Source of the DNA: a virus
Lineage: Duplodnaviria > Caudoviricetes
Direction: 5' to 3' (one strand)
Length of the DNA stretch: 64,000 nucleotides
IMG/VR virus record: IMGVR_UViG_2873063797_000001
Span: 25,659-89,658 of that record
Shown here: one piece after another, positions 18,670 to 27,317 of the stretch
Numbering within the stretch: position 1 is the stretch's first letter
Layout of the letters: each line of letters starts with the position of its first letter
Notes under the pieces: generated by a model
Told to the model about the DNA's origin: nothing
Database searches by the model: none
The model's input: only the letters and a program-made list of their open reading frames with translations
Position numbers and translations under genes: made by a program

Positions 18670-18793
18670 GGGTGCTCCGTTTCCGTGTGCTTCCCGGGGC
18701 GTGGCGCTCCGGTACTCGGACGGGGCATAGCTTCTCAGATGGCCCGGGTGGGGTGTGGGATTGGGCCGGTTTCGGGCGGTGCCGTCGGCCCGG

Positions 18794-18815
18794 GGCGTAT
18801 ACCGCGGTATACGCC
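18794..18815. promoter_or_regulatory. parS-like palindrome upstream of parA
   Basis: Perfect 22-bp palindrome GGCGTATACCGCGGTATACGCC. Confidence 0.7.
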
Positions 18816-18873
18816 GGGGCTGTTCGTCTGGGCCTGCGATCACGGTCTGTTCGCCGGCGCGTGGGGCGGGAGG

Positions 18874-18889
18874 GTATACCGCGGTATAC
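18874..18889. promoter_or_regulatory. parS-like palindrome upstream of parA
   Basis: Perfect 16-bp palindrome GTATACCGCGGTATAC. Confidence 0.7.
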
Positions 18890-18907
18890 GCGCAGAGGGC
18901 TCTCCAA

Positions 18908-19072
18908 TCAGTTCAGTGGTTCGTCCTCGTCGTCCTCGAGGAGTTCGTCGGCGTAGGGCTGCCCGTCCTGGTAGGCGGCTTCACGGAACAGGGCGCGGTG
19001 GTCGCGGGTGAGCGGGGGCCGCGGGTAGGTGATGCGCGGCTTGGCGGCCCGGACGGGGGTGGGGGCGGTCAT
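18908..19072 (-). CDS. small hypothetical protein
   Basis: 54-aa ORF coupled to upstream stop; acidic tail. Confidence 0.55.
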   Translation of the reverse strand: MTAPTPVRAAKPRITYPRPPLTRDHRALFREAAYQDGQPYADELLEDDEDEPLN

Positions 19073-19224
19073 CGCGGGCTCCCGGCGGTGGTTAGGAGCA
19101 CCGGCATGTCGACGGGCTCGGGTTGGAGGGTGGGTGCGTTGTGGAGGCGGGCCCATTGGTCGAGCCAGGCGCGTTCGTCGGCTTCTTCGGCGGCGTGCCA
19201 GGCGGGGGTGTGGGTGAGGACCAT
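19069..19224 (-). CDS. small hypothetical protein
   Basis: GGAG RBS before MVLTH; coupled to the next gene. Confidence 0.5.
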   Translation of the reverse strand: MVLTHTPAWHAAEEADERAWLDQWARLHNAPTLQPEPVDMPVLLTTAGSPR

Positions 19225-19337
19225 GGGCGGCTCCGATCGTGCGGGGTGATCGCGACCACGGTGCACCAGGAACCGCCAGCGTGTTGCCCCCTGCCGTGGA
19301 CCTTCGTTGTTCACAGCAACCTGCGTAGGAGGACGGG

Positions 19338-19550
19338 ATGAGTAGGAACAAGGACGCAGTCCGGCTGGCCGTGCTGAAGGGTGTGTCGTACAGCATGGCT
19401 TTGCGGGTAATCCGTGAGGCCCATGCTGAGTCGCCGGACGAGTCGCATCATGCGGTAGCGGTGCGTCTGATTGAGGCGGAGGAGACCCGGTTGGCAGCCG
19501 TTCCGGTCAAGACTGTTACGGCGATGTTCCTGGAGCCGAGGGCCCAGTAG
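19338..19550 (+). CDS. small hypothetical protein, opposite strand to its neighbours
   Basis: AGGAGG RBS; 70-aa helical ORF. Confidence 0.7.
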   Translation: MSRNKDAVRLAVLKGVSYSMALRVIREAHAESPDESHHAVAVRLIEAEETRLAAVPVKTVTAMFLEPRAQ

Positions 19551-20339
19551 TCAGGCGGCGCCGAAGAGCCGGCGGGGTCCACTGCCGCCTGCCTTCTCGC
19601 GGCGGGCTCGGGCGATGGCGGCCTGGCGGACGGCTTCCCGTTCGTCGACCTGGGCGGCCTCGAGTCGGTCGGTCTCCCACACGGCGTCGCGGTGCTCGGT
19701 TTCGGGTTGGCGGCCGGCGCGGAGGGCGGCTTCCTGTCGGGTGCGGGCTTCGATCTCGTAGGGGTCGATGCGCTGGTGTTGGGTGCCGCGGTGCTCGAGG
19801 GCGAGGGCGAGCGTGTGTTGGTAGCCGGGGTGGGCGGTGTCGCGGGTCTTCACGGGCCCGGCCGGTACGGGGGCCTGCTCGGGGTCGAGGGCGTCGGCTG
19901 CGGTCCGGTGGTCGCCGCCGGGGGCGAGGACGCGGATGCTGCGGACGGCGGGCTTGCCGAGCTGCCGGTTGAGGTGGGCGACGAGTTGCTGCTGGAAGAG
20001 CCGTATCTGGGTGGCGTAGGCCGGGGAGGACGGCCGGAGTTCGAGGATGCCGCGGTCGGGGTCGTAGGCGACGGCTTGGACGGTGGTCGCGAGTTCGGTG
20101 GGGGCGATGGTGGCCCACTGGTCGAGGAGGTTGCCGCCGTTGAGGCCGGCGTCCCAGCCTTGTTCGGCTTGGAGGCGTCCGAGGATGTTGCCGAGTCCTT
20201 GGGGGTCGCGTCCTTCGCCGCGTACGGGTCGGGGTCCACGGCGGGTCTTCTTCGCGGGCGCGGGTGCGGTTTTGGCGTTGGCGCGGGCGGCGGCGAGCGC
20301 CATGCGGGCCAGATCAGCACCGGAACCCTGCTCGGTCAC
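19551..20339 (-). CDS. DciA/DUF721 family helicase-loader-like protein
   Basis: DLARMALAAARANAK...RDPQGLG.IL.RL..E.GW...LLDQW..IAP...AYATQIRL...L...L....VRSIRV matches the actinobacterial DUF721 pattern; GGAGG RBS. Confidence 0.8.
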   Translation of the reverse strand: MTEQGSGADLARMALAAARANAKTAPAPAKKTRRGPRPVRGEGRDPQGLGNILGRLQAEQGWDAGLNGGNLLDQWATIAPTELATTVQAVAYDPDRGILELRPSSPAYATQIRLFQQQLVAHLNRQLGKPAVRSIRVLAPGGDHRTAADALDPEQAPVPAGPVKTRDTAHPGYQHTLALALEHRGTQHQRIDPYEIEARTRQEAALRAGRQPETEHRDAVWETDRLEAAQVDEREAVRQAAIARARREKAGGSGPRRLFGAA

Positions 20340-20542
20340 TGGGCACCTCCGTTGATCGCTCGGGCGACGGCAAGGGCGTGTTGAGCGTCTTCGGGCAGTG
20401 CAGCGTCCTCGCGGAGTTCGACGCCTTCCCAAGAGGCCAGCCAGCGGGTCACGGGGACCCTCAGCCTGGCCAGGTCAGCGGCAGTGGTGTGGTGGCTTTG
20501 GAGGGTCCGAACAGCGGCAGCGATCTCGTCGGCAATGATCAT
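20336..20542 (-). CDS. hypothetical protein
   Basis: Coupled ORF between rep and the DciA-like gene. Confidence 0.6.
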   Translation of the reverse strand: MIIADEIAAAVRTLQSHHTTAADLARLRVPVTRWLASWEGVELREDAALPEDAQHALAVARAINGGAQ

Positions 20543-20553
20543 GGCGGGTCTCC

Positions 20554-21834
20554 TCAGAAGGCGGGGGCGAGGGTGTCGCGGCGGGCGTTGATGGCTTCGA
20601 GAGCGAGGGTCTGGTCGACGAGCCGGTTCGTGTACAGGCGGCGGGCGTATACCTCTCCGCGCATTTCGATCGCGAGGAAGATCAGGCTGGGGTTCTTCAT
20701 AGCGTCCACGCGCATGTCGACGACCTGCTGCTTGGTGAGGTCTTCGAGCGCCAGCGGCGACTCGTCGACCGGCGCATTGCCGGGTGCCAGGTGCTCCCGG
20801 ATGGCGGCGAACGCCTCGTCGATGGCGCGGCGGGCAGCAAGGCTGCGGGGGCCAGCAACGGGGGCGTCATCGAAGCCGGTGTGACGGTCCTTGGCAGCGG
20901 CCCGGGACTCTTCCCACATGGTCACGTAGCCGGCGCGCATCGTGGCGGTCATGCCTGCCTTGCCGCGGAGGCGGTCGGCAAGCATCCCGGAGGGGCGGCG
21001 GACGCCGTGGGCGGGCATGGGAATGGATTCGGCGACGGCCTGGACTTCGCGGACAGTCCAGCCCGCGTCTGAGAAGTCCTTCAGCACCCAGGAGACCCTC
21101 GGGACCGAAGCGCCGTGCAGCCACGGAATGGTGGTGACGGCTTCCTTGCCGAACTGGTAGCGGCGGCCGACCTTGTTCAGGGTTCGCGGTCCGCGGTTGG
21201 ACTTCTTCGGGGTGGGGGACTTGCTTGGCCCGCTTGCGAGCTTGCTCTCAGGGGGGGAGTAAGTGCGGTCCGCAGAAGAAGTGCCAGAAGTACCCACCTG
21301 CATTGGGGTGCAACGGGTACGGCCCGAAACGGGGGTACGGCGGGGTCGGCGGCGGGTCTTCCGGGCGGCCTTCTTGGCGAGCTTTCCGAGGAGGGGACGG
21401 TGCTCGGGGGCGGCGCCGACGGGACGGCGTTGCACCCCTTCACCGGTGGTGCGGATACCGAGGGCGGTGTCGAAGACGGTGGGGATGGTGCGCTCGTACA
21501 CGGACGCCTGGTTGCCCTCGCCGCGGACACGGGTGCCCTTGCTGCGGTACACGAGGAGGCCGGCCTCCCGCAGCATGCGCAGGTGGTACTTCACGGACCG
21601 TTCGGACACCTTCGTCTTGCGGGCGAGGTAGGCGATGCCGGGGCGGCACTCCTTGAGAGCGGAGATTTCCTGGGCGATGGCGAGGGTGGTGTCGTTCATG
21701 GCGCGGGGGCCGTCGGTGTGGGGGGAGGTGTAGATGCCGCTGCCGTGGACCCAGTGGACGGCCTGCATCCAGGAGTGGGCGCAGGTGGTGATGCGGCCGG
21801 TGGTGGTGTGCAGCCACTGGTGCGTTGTGGGCAC
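20554..21834 (-). CDS. winged-HTH replication initiator-like protein
   Basis: CRPGIAYLARKTKVSERSVKYHLRMLREAGLL HTH, basic linker and helical C-terminal domain, next to dciA-like and parAB genes; start uncertain (GTG 21834). Confidence 0.7.
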   Translation of the reverse strand: MPTTHQWLHTTTGRITTCAHSWMQAVHWVHGSGIYTSPHTDGPRAMNDTTLAIAQEISALKECRPGIAYLARKTKVSERSVKYHLRMLREAGLLVYRSKGTRVRGEGNQASVYERTIPTVFDTALGIRTTGEGVQRRPVGAAPEHRPLLGKLAKKAARKTRRRPRRTPVSGRTRCTPMQVGTSGTSSADRTYSPPESKLASGPSKSPTPKKSNRGPRTLNKVGRRYQFGKEAVTTIPWLHGASVPRVSWVLKDFSDAGWTVREVQAVAESIPMPAHGVRRPSGMLADRLRGKAGMTATMRAGYVTMWEESRAAAKDRHTGFDDAPVAGPRSLAARRAIDEAFAAIREHLAPGNAPVDESPLALEDLTKQQVVDMRVDAMKNPSLIFLAIEMRGEVYARRLYTNRLVDQTLALEAINARRDTLAPAF

Positions 21835-22167
21835 GGCGAGACGGGTTTCGGGGCACTGGGTGTCGTCCGTGCGGGGGGATGTTCCTCGCGAAACGGGCGC
21901 CGAGGAAGCGCCAAGCTGACAAGAAGGGGTGCGCTGAGGCACTATGTACCTGCCGTCCTGCGGACATGAGAAAGCCCGCCTGGTGGTGAAGGTGGTTCGG
22001 AGAGAACCTGGAAGTCGCTCGCTCGGGTTGGCGCCCGGCGGGCCTTAGATCGGCATTGGCGTGCTGATCCGTGGTACGAGGGCCGCAAGGGCCGGGTAGG
22101 TGTTGGCGCACCAAACCGGGGAAGCGGCCAGGGCGGTCGAGGAATCTCCCGCCCGACAGTGGCTACG

Positions 22168-22431
22168 TCATTCGAACCTCAGCTCCGTCTTGTCGGGGTC
22201 GATCAGGTCGGCCGCATCCTGGTAAGCCAGGTGAATCGGGCCGACCTCTCCGGGGTCGTAGTCGTGGTCGCGGATCCGGTCCGCCAGTTCCCGGGCGTAG
22301 GCGCGGAGCATGTAGTCGGCAGCTTGGAGGTCGCGGTGTCCCTGCTCGTTGGTCCAGGGCTCCAGCGCACCGAGCAGGGCGCGCTCGGCGGGGCCGCGAG
22401 TGTGGGAGTGGACGAACTGGCTGTCGCTCAT
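22168..22431 (-). CDS. hypothetical protein
   Basis: GGAGG RBS; AADLIDP ending. Confidence 0.6.
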   Translation of the reverse strand: MSDSQFVHSHTRGPAERALLGALEPWTNEQGHRDLQAADYMLRAYARELADRIRDHDYDPGEVGPIHLAYQDAADLIDPDKTELRFE

Positions 22432-22694
22432 CGCTCGACCTCCGTCAAGCCGTAGCCCTCGGCGAGAAGCGGGCCATGCAGCCGCTCCACGTCGCGGCGA
22501 AGCATCATCGGCATGTCGCCTGCCGAAGGCAGGAGCACGCTGTCGCCGTCGTAGGAACGCCCGGTCGACCACCAGACTTCCGCGTCGCGGTCCACGAGCC
22601 TGACCCAGTCGCTGGGTACACCCACGAGGCAGTCCTCGCAGATGTCGCTGACCATGTCCTCGGGGACGGGAGTCGTCCCGCCCGGGGCGGTCAT
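22428..22694 (-). CDS. hypothetical protein
   Basis: Coupled ORF; LVDRDAEVW...HGPL pattern. Confidence 0.55.
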   Translation of the reverse strand: MTAPGGTTPVPEDMVSDICEDCLVGVPSDWVRLVDRDAEVWWSTGRSYDGDSVLLPSAGDMPMMLRRDVERLHGPLLAEGYGLTEVER

Positions 22695-23037
22695 GCGACT
22701 GTGGGGGTAGTGGGGACAGGGCCCGGCTGCGTCGGCGGTGTGATCTTCACGCCGTATACGCACAAACTTCGGGTGGACCTGTCTACGGGGTCGAGTCCCC
22801 GGGTACTCTTGGCCATCGTCGGCACCTTCGTGGAAGTTGAGTGTCGGCCCGGCCCCGCTCCTGGTGTTACCAGCACCAGGGAAGCAGCGGGGCCGTTCCT
22901 TATTGTCTTGTGGCCAGCGACCGAAACTGAGTGGCCGTCTGACGTGTACCACATGCTACCGGTTACGCCCATCGCCTGTCCCACCTTCCTTCCCCCGTGT
23001 CTCTAGTACTACTGGTCACACCACAAGTGACGGCCAG

Positions 23038-23472
23038 TCAGTGCCCGCGCTCCGCCTCGCCGTCCGCCGGATGCTCCGGAGCCACCAGACGCCGCGACCG
23101 CGCCACCGAACCCGCCATCGCATGGAACCCCGCCTCCGTCAACCGGCTGTGCAGAACATGCAACCGGTCCCCCCGCGCACGGTCGTCCCCCGCCACCTGA
23201 GCCGCCCGCCAACCCACCACCACAGCCCGCTCCCACACCGCCTGCAACACCACCGGATCCAGATCCGGCCACAAGTCCCGCGGCAACTTCTCCGGACAGC
23301 CCACGGTGTCCAGCTCCGCAGCCGCCAGCACACCAGCCAGATACTCGCCCGACGACATCGCCCGCCCGGTCAGTACCGCGTCCGCGCGCATCACCTCGAA
23401 CCCCGCATCATCGAACGGGACGCCCTGAGCGTCATCGGACGAGGCGGGCGTGGTGGCAGGGGTGTTGCTCAT
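23038..23472 (-). CDS. hypothetical protein
   Basis: MSNTPA... coupled to upstream stop. Confidence 0.6.
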   Translation of the reverse strand: MSNTPATTPASSDDAQGVPFDDAGFEVMRADAVLTGRAMSSGEYLAGVLAAAELDTVGCPEKLPRDLWPDLDPVVLQAVWERAVVVGWRAAQVAGDDRARGDRLHVLHSRLTEAGFHAMAGSVARSRRLVAPEHPADGEAERGH

Positions 23473-24305
23473 GCGGCGGTCTCCAGGCTCGTGGTGGTGG
23501 GGTACAGGGTGGTGACCGAGGCGCCGGCGGCCTGGTCGTCGAAGTCGAAAGCGAGCTGCCCGGGGACGGACACGACCCGCCGGCCACGGCGCCCGGCCCG
23601 GCGGCGGCCCGACCGGAACGGCGAGGACTCGGCAGGACCCGCGGCGCCCGGCCCAGCGGCAGCCTCCGCGGCCGCCACCTCCTGGCGGTCCAGCAGCCCC
23701 CGATCGACCGCCGCGTCCAGCAGCTCCGCACGCGACGCCGACTTCGGCAAACTCAGCTGCGTCTTCAGCCGGGCTATCTGCCACTTCGCCGTCCGCAGCC
23801 CCTCCAGCCCCGCACCCAGCCCCGCAGCCACAGCCACCAGCTCCGGGTCCGCGTGCCGGGCCAGGCCGCGCAGCACCGCGAGCTTCTGCTCCGTCCGCAG
23901 TTGCTCCACCGGCACCGGCACGGGAGCCGCCACCGGCACCGGCGCCGCCTGCCGCTCCTGCACCAGAGCCTTCGTCCGCTCCAGCGCCGTCCGCCCGCCC
24001 AGGATCGCGAACGGCTCCGGCAGTTTCCCCTCCGGCGTCAGGCTCGATCCGTAGGCGAGGCACTGCACCATCACCGGGCAGCCCACGCACACGTCGACCG
24101 CGGCAGACTCCCGCGCCTCCCGCACCTCCCGCTCCTCGCCCCCGTCCACGTCCGGGGCCTGCCACGCGTCCACCGACACGGAGTTGTCGCCGGCCGCCAC
24201 ACGCGGGTTGTCGGGGTCCGGGGCACACCCCCGATACCGGTAGTACGGATGATCCGACAGCGCGGCCAGGGCGACCGCAGCACTCAAACGCTCGGGCTGG
24301 CTCAC
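23469..24305 (-). CDS. divergent WhiB-like protein with C-terminal HTH
   Basis: RGC...AVDVCVGCPVMVQCL...ILGGRTALER; long insert after the first Cys; C-terminal helical DNA-binding-like region. Confidence 0.75.
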   Translation of the reverse strand: MSQPERLSAAVALAALSDHPYYRYRGCAPDPDNPRVAAGDNSVSVDAWQAPDVDGGEEREVREARESAAVDVCVGCPVMVQCLAYGSSLTPEGKLPEPFAILGGRTALERTKALVQERQAAPVPVAAPVPVPVEQLRTEQKLAVLRGLARHADPELVAVAAGLGAGLEGLRTAKWQIARLKTQLSLPKSASRAELLDAAVDRGLLDRQEVAAAEAAAGPGAAGPAESSPFRSGRRRAGRRGRRVVSVPGQLAFDFDDQAAGASVTTLYPTTTSLETAA

Positions 24306-24595
24306 AGGGAACCCCCTTCCGGGTCATGGGCAGAAAGAACAGAGTCGAGAACCTGGTCGGCCTCGCACAGAACCGCGCCGGCCAACACCGCGGGACCGAG
24401 CCGCCGGTTCAACCGGTCGACGATCACCGACATGTCGTGGTGATGCAGACCGTCCGCCAGACGACGCGCGGCGCGCTCCGCATCCAGAGCGCGCCGCAAC
24501 CGCACCAACCGGACCACCCCCACCGCCACCCCGAGGGCGGCGAGCGCGGCAACCACAGGTCTTGCAGGTATCGAGCATGCTGGCACTGCACTCAC
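24302..24595 (-). CDS. membrane-anchored hypothetical protein
   Basis: One TM segment followed by a coiled region; GGAGG RBS before GTG. Confidence 0.6.
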   Translation of the reverse strand: MSAVPACSIPARPVVAALAALGVAVGVVRLVRLRRALDAERAARRLADGLHHHDMSVIVDRLNRRLGPAVLAGAVLCEADQVLDSVLSAHDPEGGSL

Positions 24596-24642
24596 CTCCC
24601 TCGGTGGTGTGCCAGACGGATGGACAGAAACCAGGGCCCGGG

Positions 24643-24897
24643 TCAGGGCCGGTACAGGGCGTTCGACCGGGCCGCGACGTTCTCCGCAGCCTCCGCGGCA
24701 TCCAGGACCGCCACGTCGTGCGCGGCCTGCGCCTTCGCGGACATGGTCCGCCACTCGGCCATCTCGGCCTCCCACCTCCGCCGATACGACGACGGCTTCC
24801 GCCGCTCCCACCACAAGGCCAGGACCGTGCCGACAGCGGAAACCAGGAGGATCACCGGGATCACCCAGCGCTGCGGTTCAGACAGGAAATCGGGCAT
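24643..24897 (-). CDS. membrane-anchored hypothetical protein
   Basis: One N-terminal TM segment. Confidence 0.6.
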   Translation of the reverse strand: MPDFLSEPQRWVIPVILLVSAVGTVLALWWERRKPSSYRRRWEAEMAEWRTMSAKAQAAHDVAVLDAAEAAENVAARSNALYRP

Positions 24898-25011
24898 GAC
24901 GGAGCTCCGTTCGGCGATAGCCGGGAAGGGAGGGATGGTTCGGATGCCCCAGGCGGGGACTTCAGGGAGGACGAGCCTCCAAAGGGCCGCAGAACGCGGG
25001 CCCGAAGTGGT

Positions 25012-26064
25012 TCAGGCGGCGACGGTAGAGCCGTCCGAAGCAACCGCCGGAATACCGAAGGCCGCAGCAATCACGTGCTGAGCCAGCAGACAGGGGACAG
25101 CATTCCCCACCTGTTCCAGTTGCTTGGTGCGACTCCCCTGGAACGGATGGTCCGCCGGGAAGGACTGGAGAACGGCAGCGTCCCGGACAGACAAGCGGAT
25201 CGTGTCGCGCCGACCGCCCCGGTAGGCGGGCAACTCTTCGGCAGGCACAAGCCGCTTGCAGTCGATCCACCGACCGGCATCGCGCTCGCCGTAGAGGGTG
25301 GCTCGGGCGCCGGAACCACCAACGCAGGAGGGATCCGGACCGCCTGCCGCAGTCCCGACCATCACGGTCAGGGCCGGCCGGTGCGTCATGCCCCATCCGA
25401 TGGCCTCGGCCATCGACACCCATGGCTTCAGTCCAAAGCCTTCTTGGACGTTGGTGGCGCCCTTGCGGTAGCGATGGTGGGTCGGCTCCGGAAGCCGGGC
25501 TGTGCCGTCCAGTGTGGCGACGAGGAACGCCCGAGTACGGGTCTGGGGGACGCCGTACTCCTCGGCGGACAGTCGACCGGTGGCGACGCTGTAGCCCTCC
25601 GGTTGCAGGAGCTCAGCGAACTCCTCCCACACCGAAAGAACGGTGGGCACCTGCTCCAGGAGCAGCGTCCGGTACGGGCGCCCACCGTCCACCGCAGCCA
25701 GAGCCCAGCGCAGTGGCTCCAGGACCAGCCCGGTCCGCTCATCATCGAACCCGGCCAGCGCTTCGGTGATGGCCTGCCGGGCCGCCAGCCGCCGCGCAAG
25801 GTCGAGGATGGTGTCCAAGGCGGCCCGACCGCGGCCCTTCCCGCTGACCGAGAACGTCTGGCAGGGCGGGGAACCGATGAGGTCCGTGGCGTCCGGGAAG
25901 TCGGCGGGCCCATATGTCCGGACATCGCCCTCCACCGTGGCCAGACCCGCAGCGCGGCGGGTCTCGCAGGCGGCATGATCGCGTTCGATGCCGATCACGT
26001 CCAAGCCGAGCCGGGTCGCCCCAACATCCCAGCCGCCGGGGCCAGCGAACAGGTCGACCATCAT
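25012..26064 (-). CDS. DNA (cytosine-5)-methyltransferase
   Basis: DLFAGPGG, SPPCQ, EQV, QTRTR, EQVGNAVP. Confidence 0.92.
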   Translation of the reverse strand: MMVDLFAGPGGWDVGATRLGLDVIGIERDHAACETRRAAGLATVEGDVRTYGPADFPDATDLIGSPPCQTFSVSGKGRGRAALDTILDLARRLAARQAITEALAGFDDERTGLVLEPLRWALAAVDGGRPYRTLLLEQVPTVLSVWEEFAELLQPEGYSVATGRLSAEEYGVPQTRTRAFLVATLDGTARLPEPTHHRYRKGATNVQEGFGLKPWVSMAEAIGWGMTHRPALTVMVGTAAGGPDPSCVGGSGARATLYGERDAGRWIDCKRLVPAEELPAYRGGRRDTIRLSVRDAAVLQSFPADHPFQGSRTKQLEQVGNAVPCLLAQHVIAAAFGIPAVASDGSTVAA

Positions 26065-27317
26065 GCGGCGGCCTCCAAGGCCACGCCGACCGGGATGCCA
26101 GTAGCGGCCGAGACGACGTGCGCCGCCAAGAGCGGCGGAACGGCGTTGCCGACCTGCTCGAACTGCTTCGTCTTCGTGCCCTGGAACGGGTAGTCCGGGC
26201 GGAACGACTGAAGGACAGCGGCCTCGGCGACGGTGATGCGCACGGTGTCGGGGCTGGCGAACTGGGACTCGCCGCCGGCGTCGCGGTTGCGGTGGCCGGG
26301 CGGCGCGATCCGGTTGGTGGCGCACACCGTGGTGGCCGGGCGCTGCTGGACCCACTCAATTCGAGCCGAATTGTTGCCGAAAGCCATGGTCGGCGCGGGC
26401 TCCTCAATGCCGCGTATCGCGGCCCGCTCCTGGTTGCCGTTGCGCAGCACCCACTGCCCACCCGACTTCGAGGTGAAGGCGGGCGCCGGCGCGGTGTACG
26501 GGTCGGCGGTCTGGCGGCTGCCGTCGGCGCGCTGGTCGCGATTCGTGTGGAGCACCCACGAACGGGCCTTCTCAGTGAGCGCCCACGACGGCCGGTCGGC
26601 GGGAAACTCGTTCCCCCCAGCAGTCTTCCGGTCCCCGCGGGTGTTCACGGTCAGCCCCTCGACCCATCCGAGCGCTTCCGCCATGGACACCCACTGCTCC
26701 AGGCGCTCACCGAACAAGTCGTCCGCCGGCTCCTTCGCATGCGTCGGCGCCGGCGCGGTCACCGGCCGAACCCGGGAGGCGATGAGGATCGCCCGCTTGC
26801 GGGTCTGCGGGACGCCGTAGTCGGCAGAGTTGAGGACCCCCACCCACGTGCTGTAGCCCCACTGCTGGAGGTACAGAGCGTACTGACGCCAAAGCGGGAG
26901 AACGTCGGGGACTTCCTCCATGCACACCCACTCGGGGCGGAGGTCGTACAGCCAGCGCATCGGCTCCGCGGCCAGCAACGACCGTTCGTCCTTGCACTGG
27001 GCGACGAGTTCGGCCCGACTGTCCCGGCCGTGCGCCAGGTCGTGGGCCGCCTGGTGCACCAGCGGCTGGTCCGCCAGGCCCCCACGCTTCCCCGCCCGGG
27101 ACCACGCCTGGCACGGCGGTGACGCGATCAGACCCTTGATCCGACCCACGAACGGGGAGGTGGGGTAGGCGGCGACGTCGGTCTGGATGACAGGGTGCCC
27201 GGCGGCGTGCGCGGTCAGGCACGCCGCCCGGTCCCACTCAAGACCGATGTCCGTCAGCCCCAGCAGGCGCAGGCCCTCAGACCAGCCCCGCGGACCGGCG
27301 AACAGGTCGACGATCAC
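26061..27317 (-). CDS. DNA (cytosine-5)-methyltransferase
   Basis: DLFAGPRG, SPPCQ, EEV, QTRKR, EQVGNAVP; longer variable region. Confidence 0.92.
   Translation of the reverse strand: MIVDLFAGPRGWSEGLRLLGLTDIGLEWDRAACLTAHAAGHPVIQTDVAAYPTSPFVGRIKGLIASPPCQAWSRAGKRGGLADQPLVHQAAHDLAHGRDSRAELVAQCKDERSLLAAEPMRWLYDLRPEWVCMEEVPDVLPLWRQYALYLQQWGYSTWVGVLNSADYGVPQTRKRAILIASRVRPVTAPAPTHAKEPADDLFGERLEQWVSMAEALGWVEGLTVNTRGDRKTAGGNEFPADRPSWALTEKARSWVLHTNRDQRADGSRQTADPYTAPAPAFTSKSGGQWVLRNGNQERAAIRGIEEPAPTMAFGNNSARIEWVQQRPATTVCATNRIAPPGHRNRDAGGESQFASPDTVRITVAEAAVLQSFRPDYPFQGTKTKQFEQVGNAVPPLLAAHVVSAATGIPVGVALEAAA

Noticed and set aside
22691-22984. 97-aa minus-strand ORF
   Set aside because: No recognisable motif or clear RBS; coding status could not be supported, although the 4-nt overlap with 22694 leaves it possible
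4937-27317. Many early proteins ending in ...AA-stop
   Set aside because: By-product of an RBS plus ATGA/GTGA translational coupling, common in actinophages; the DNA is not conserved as a discrete repeat, unlike the 36.5-kb array
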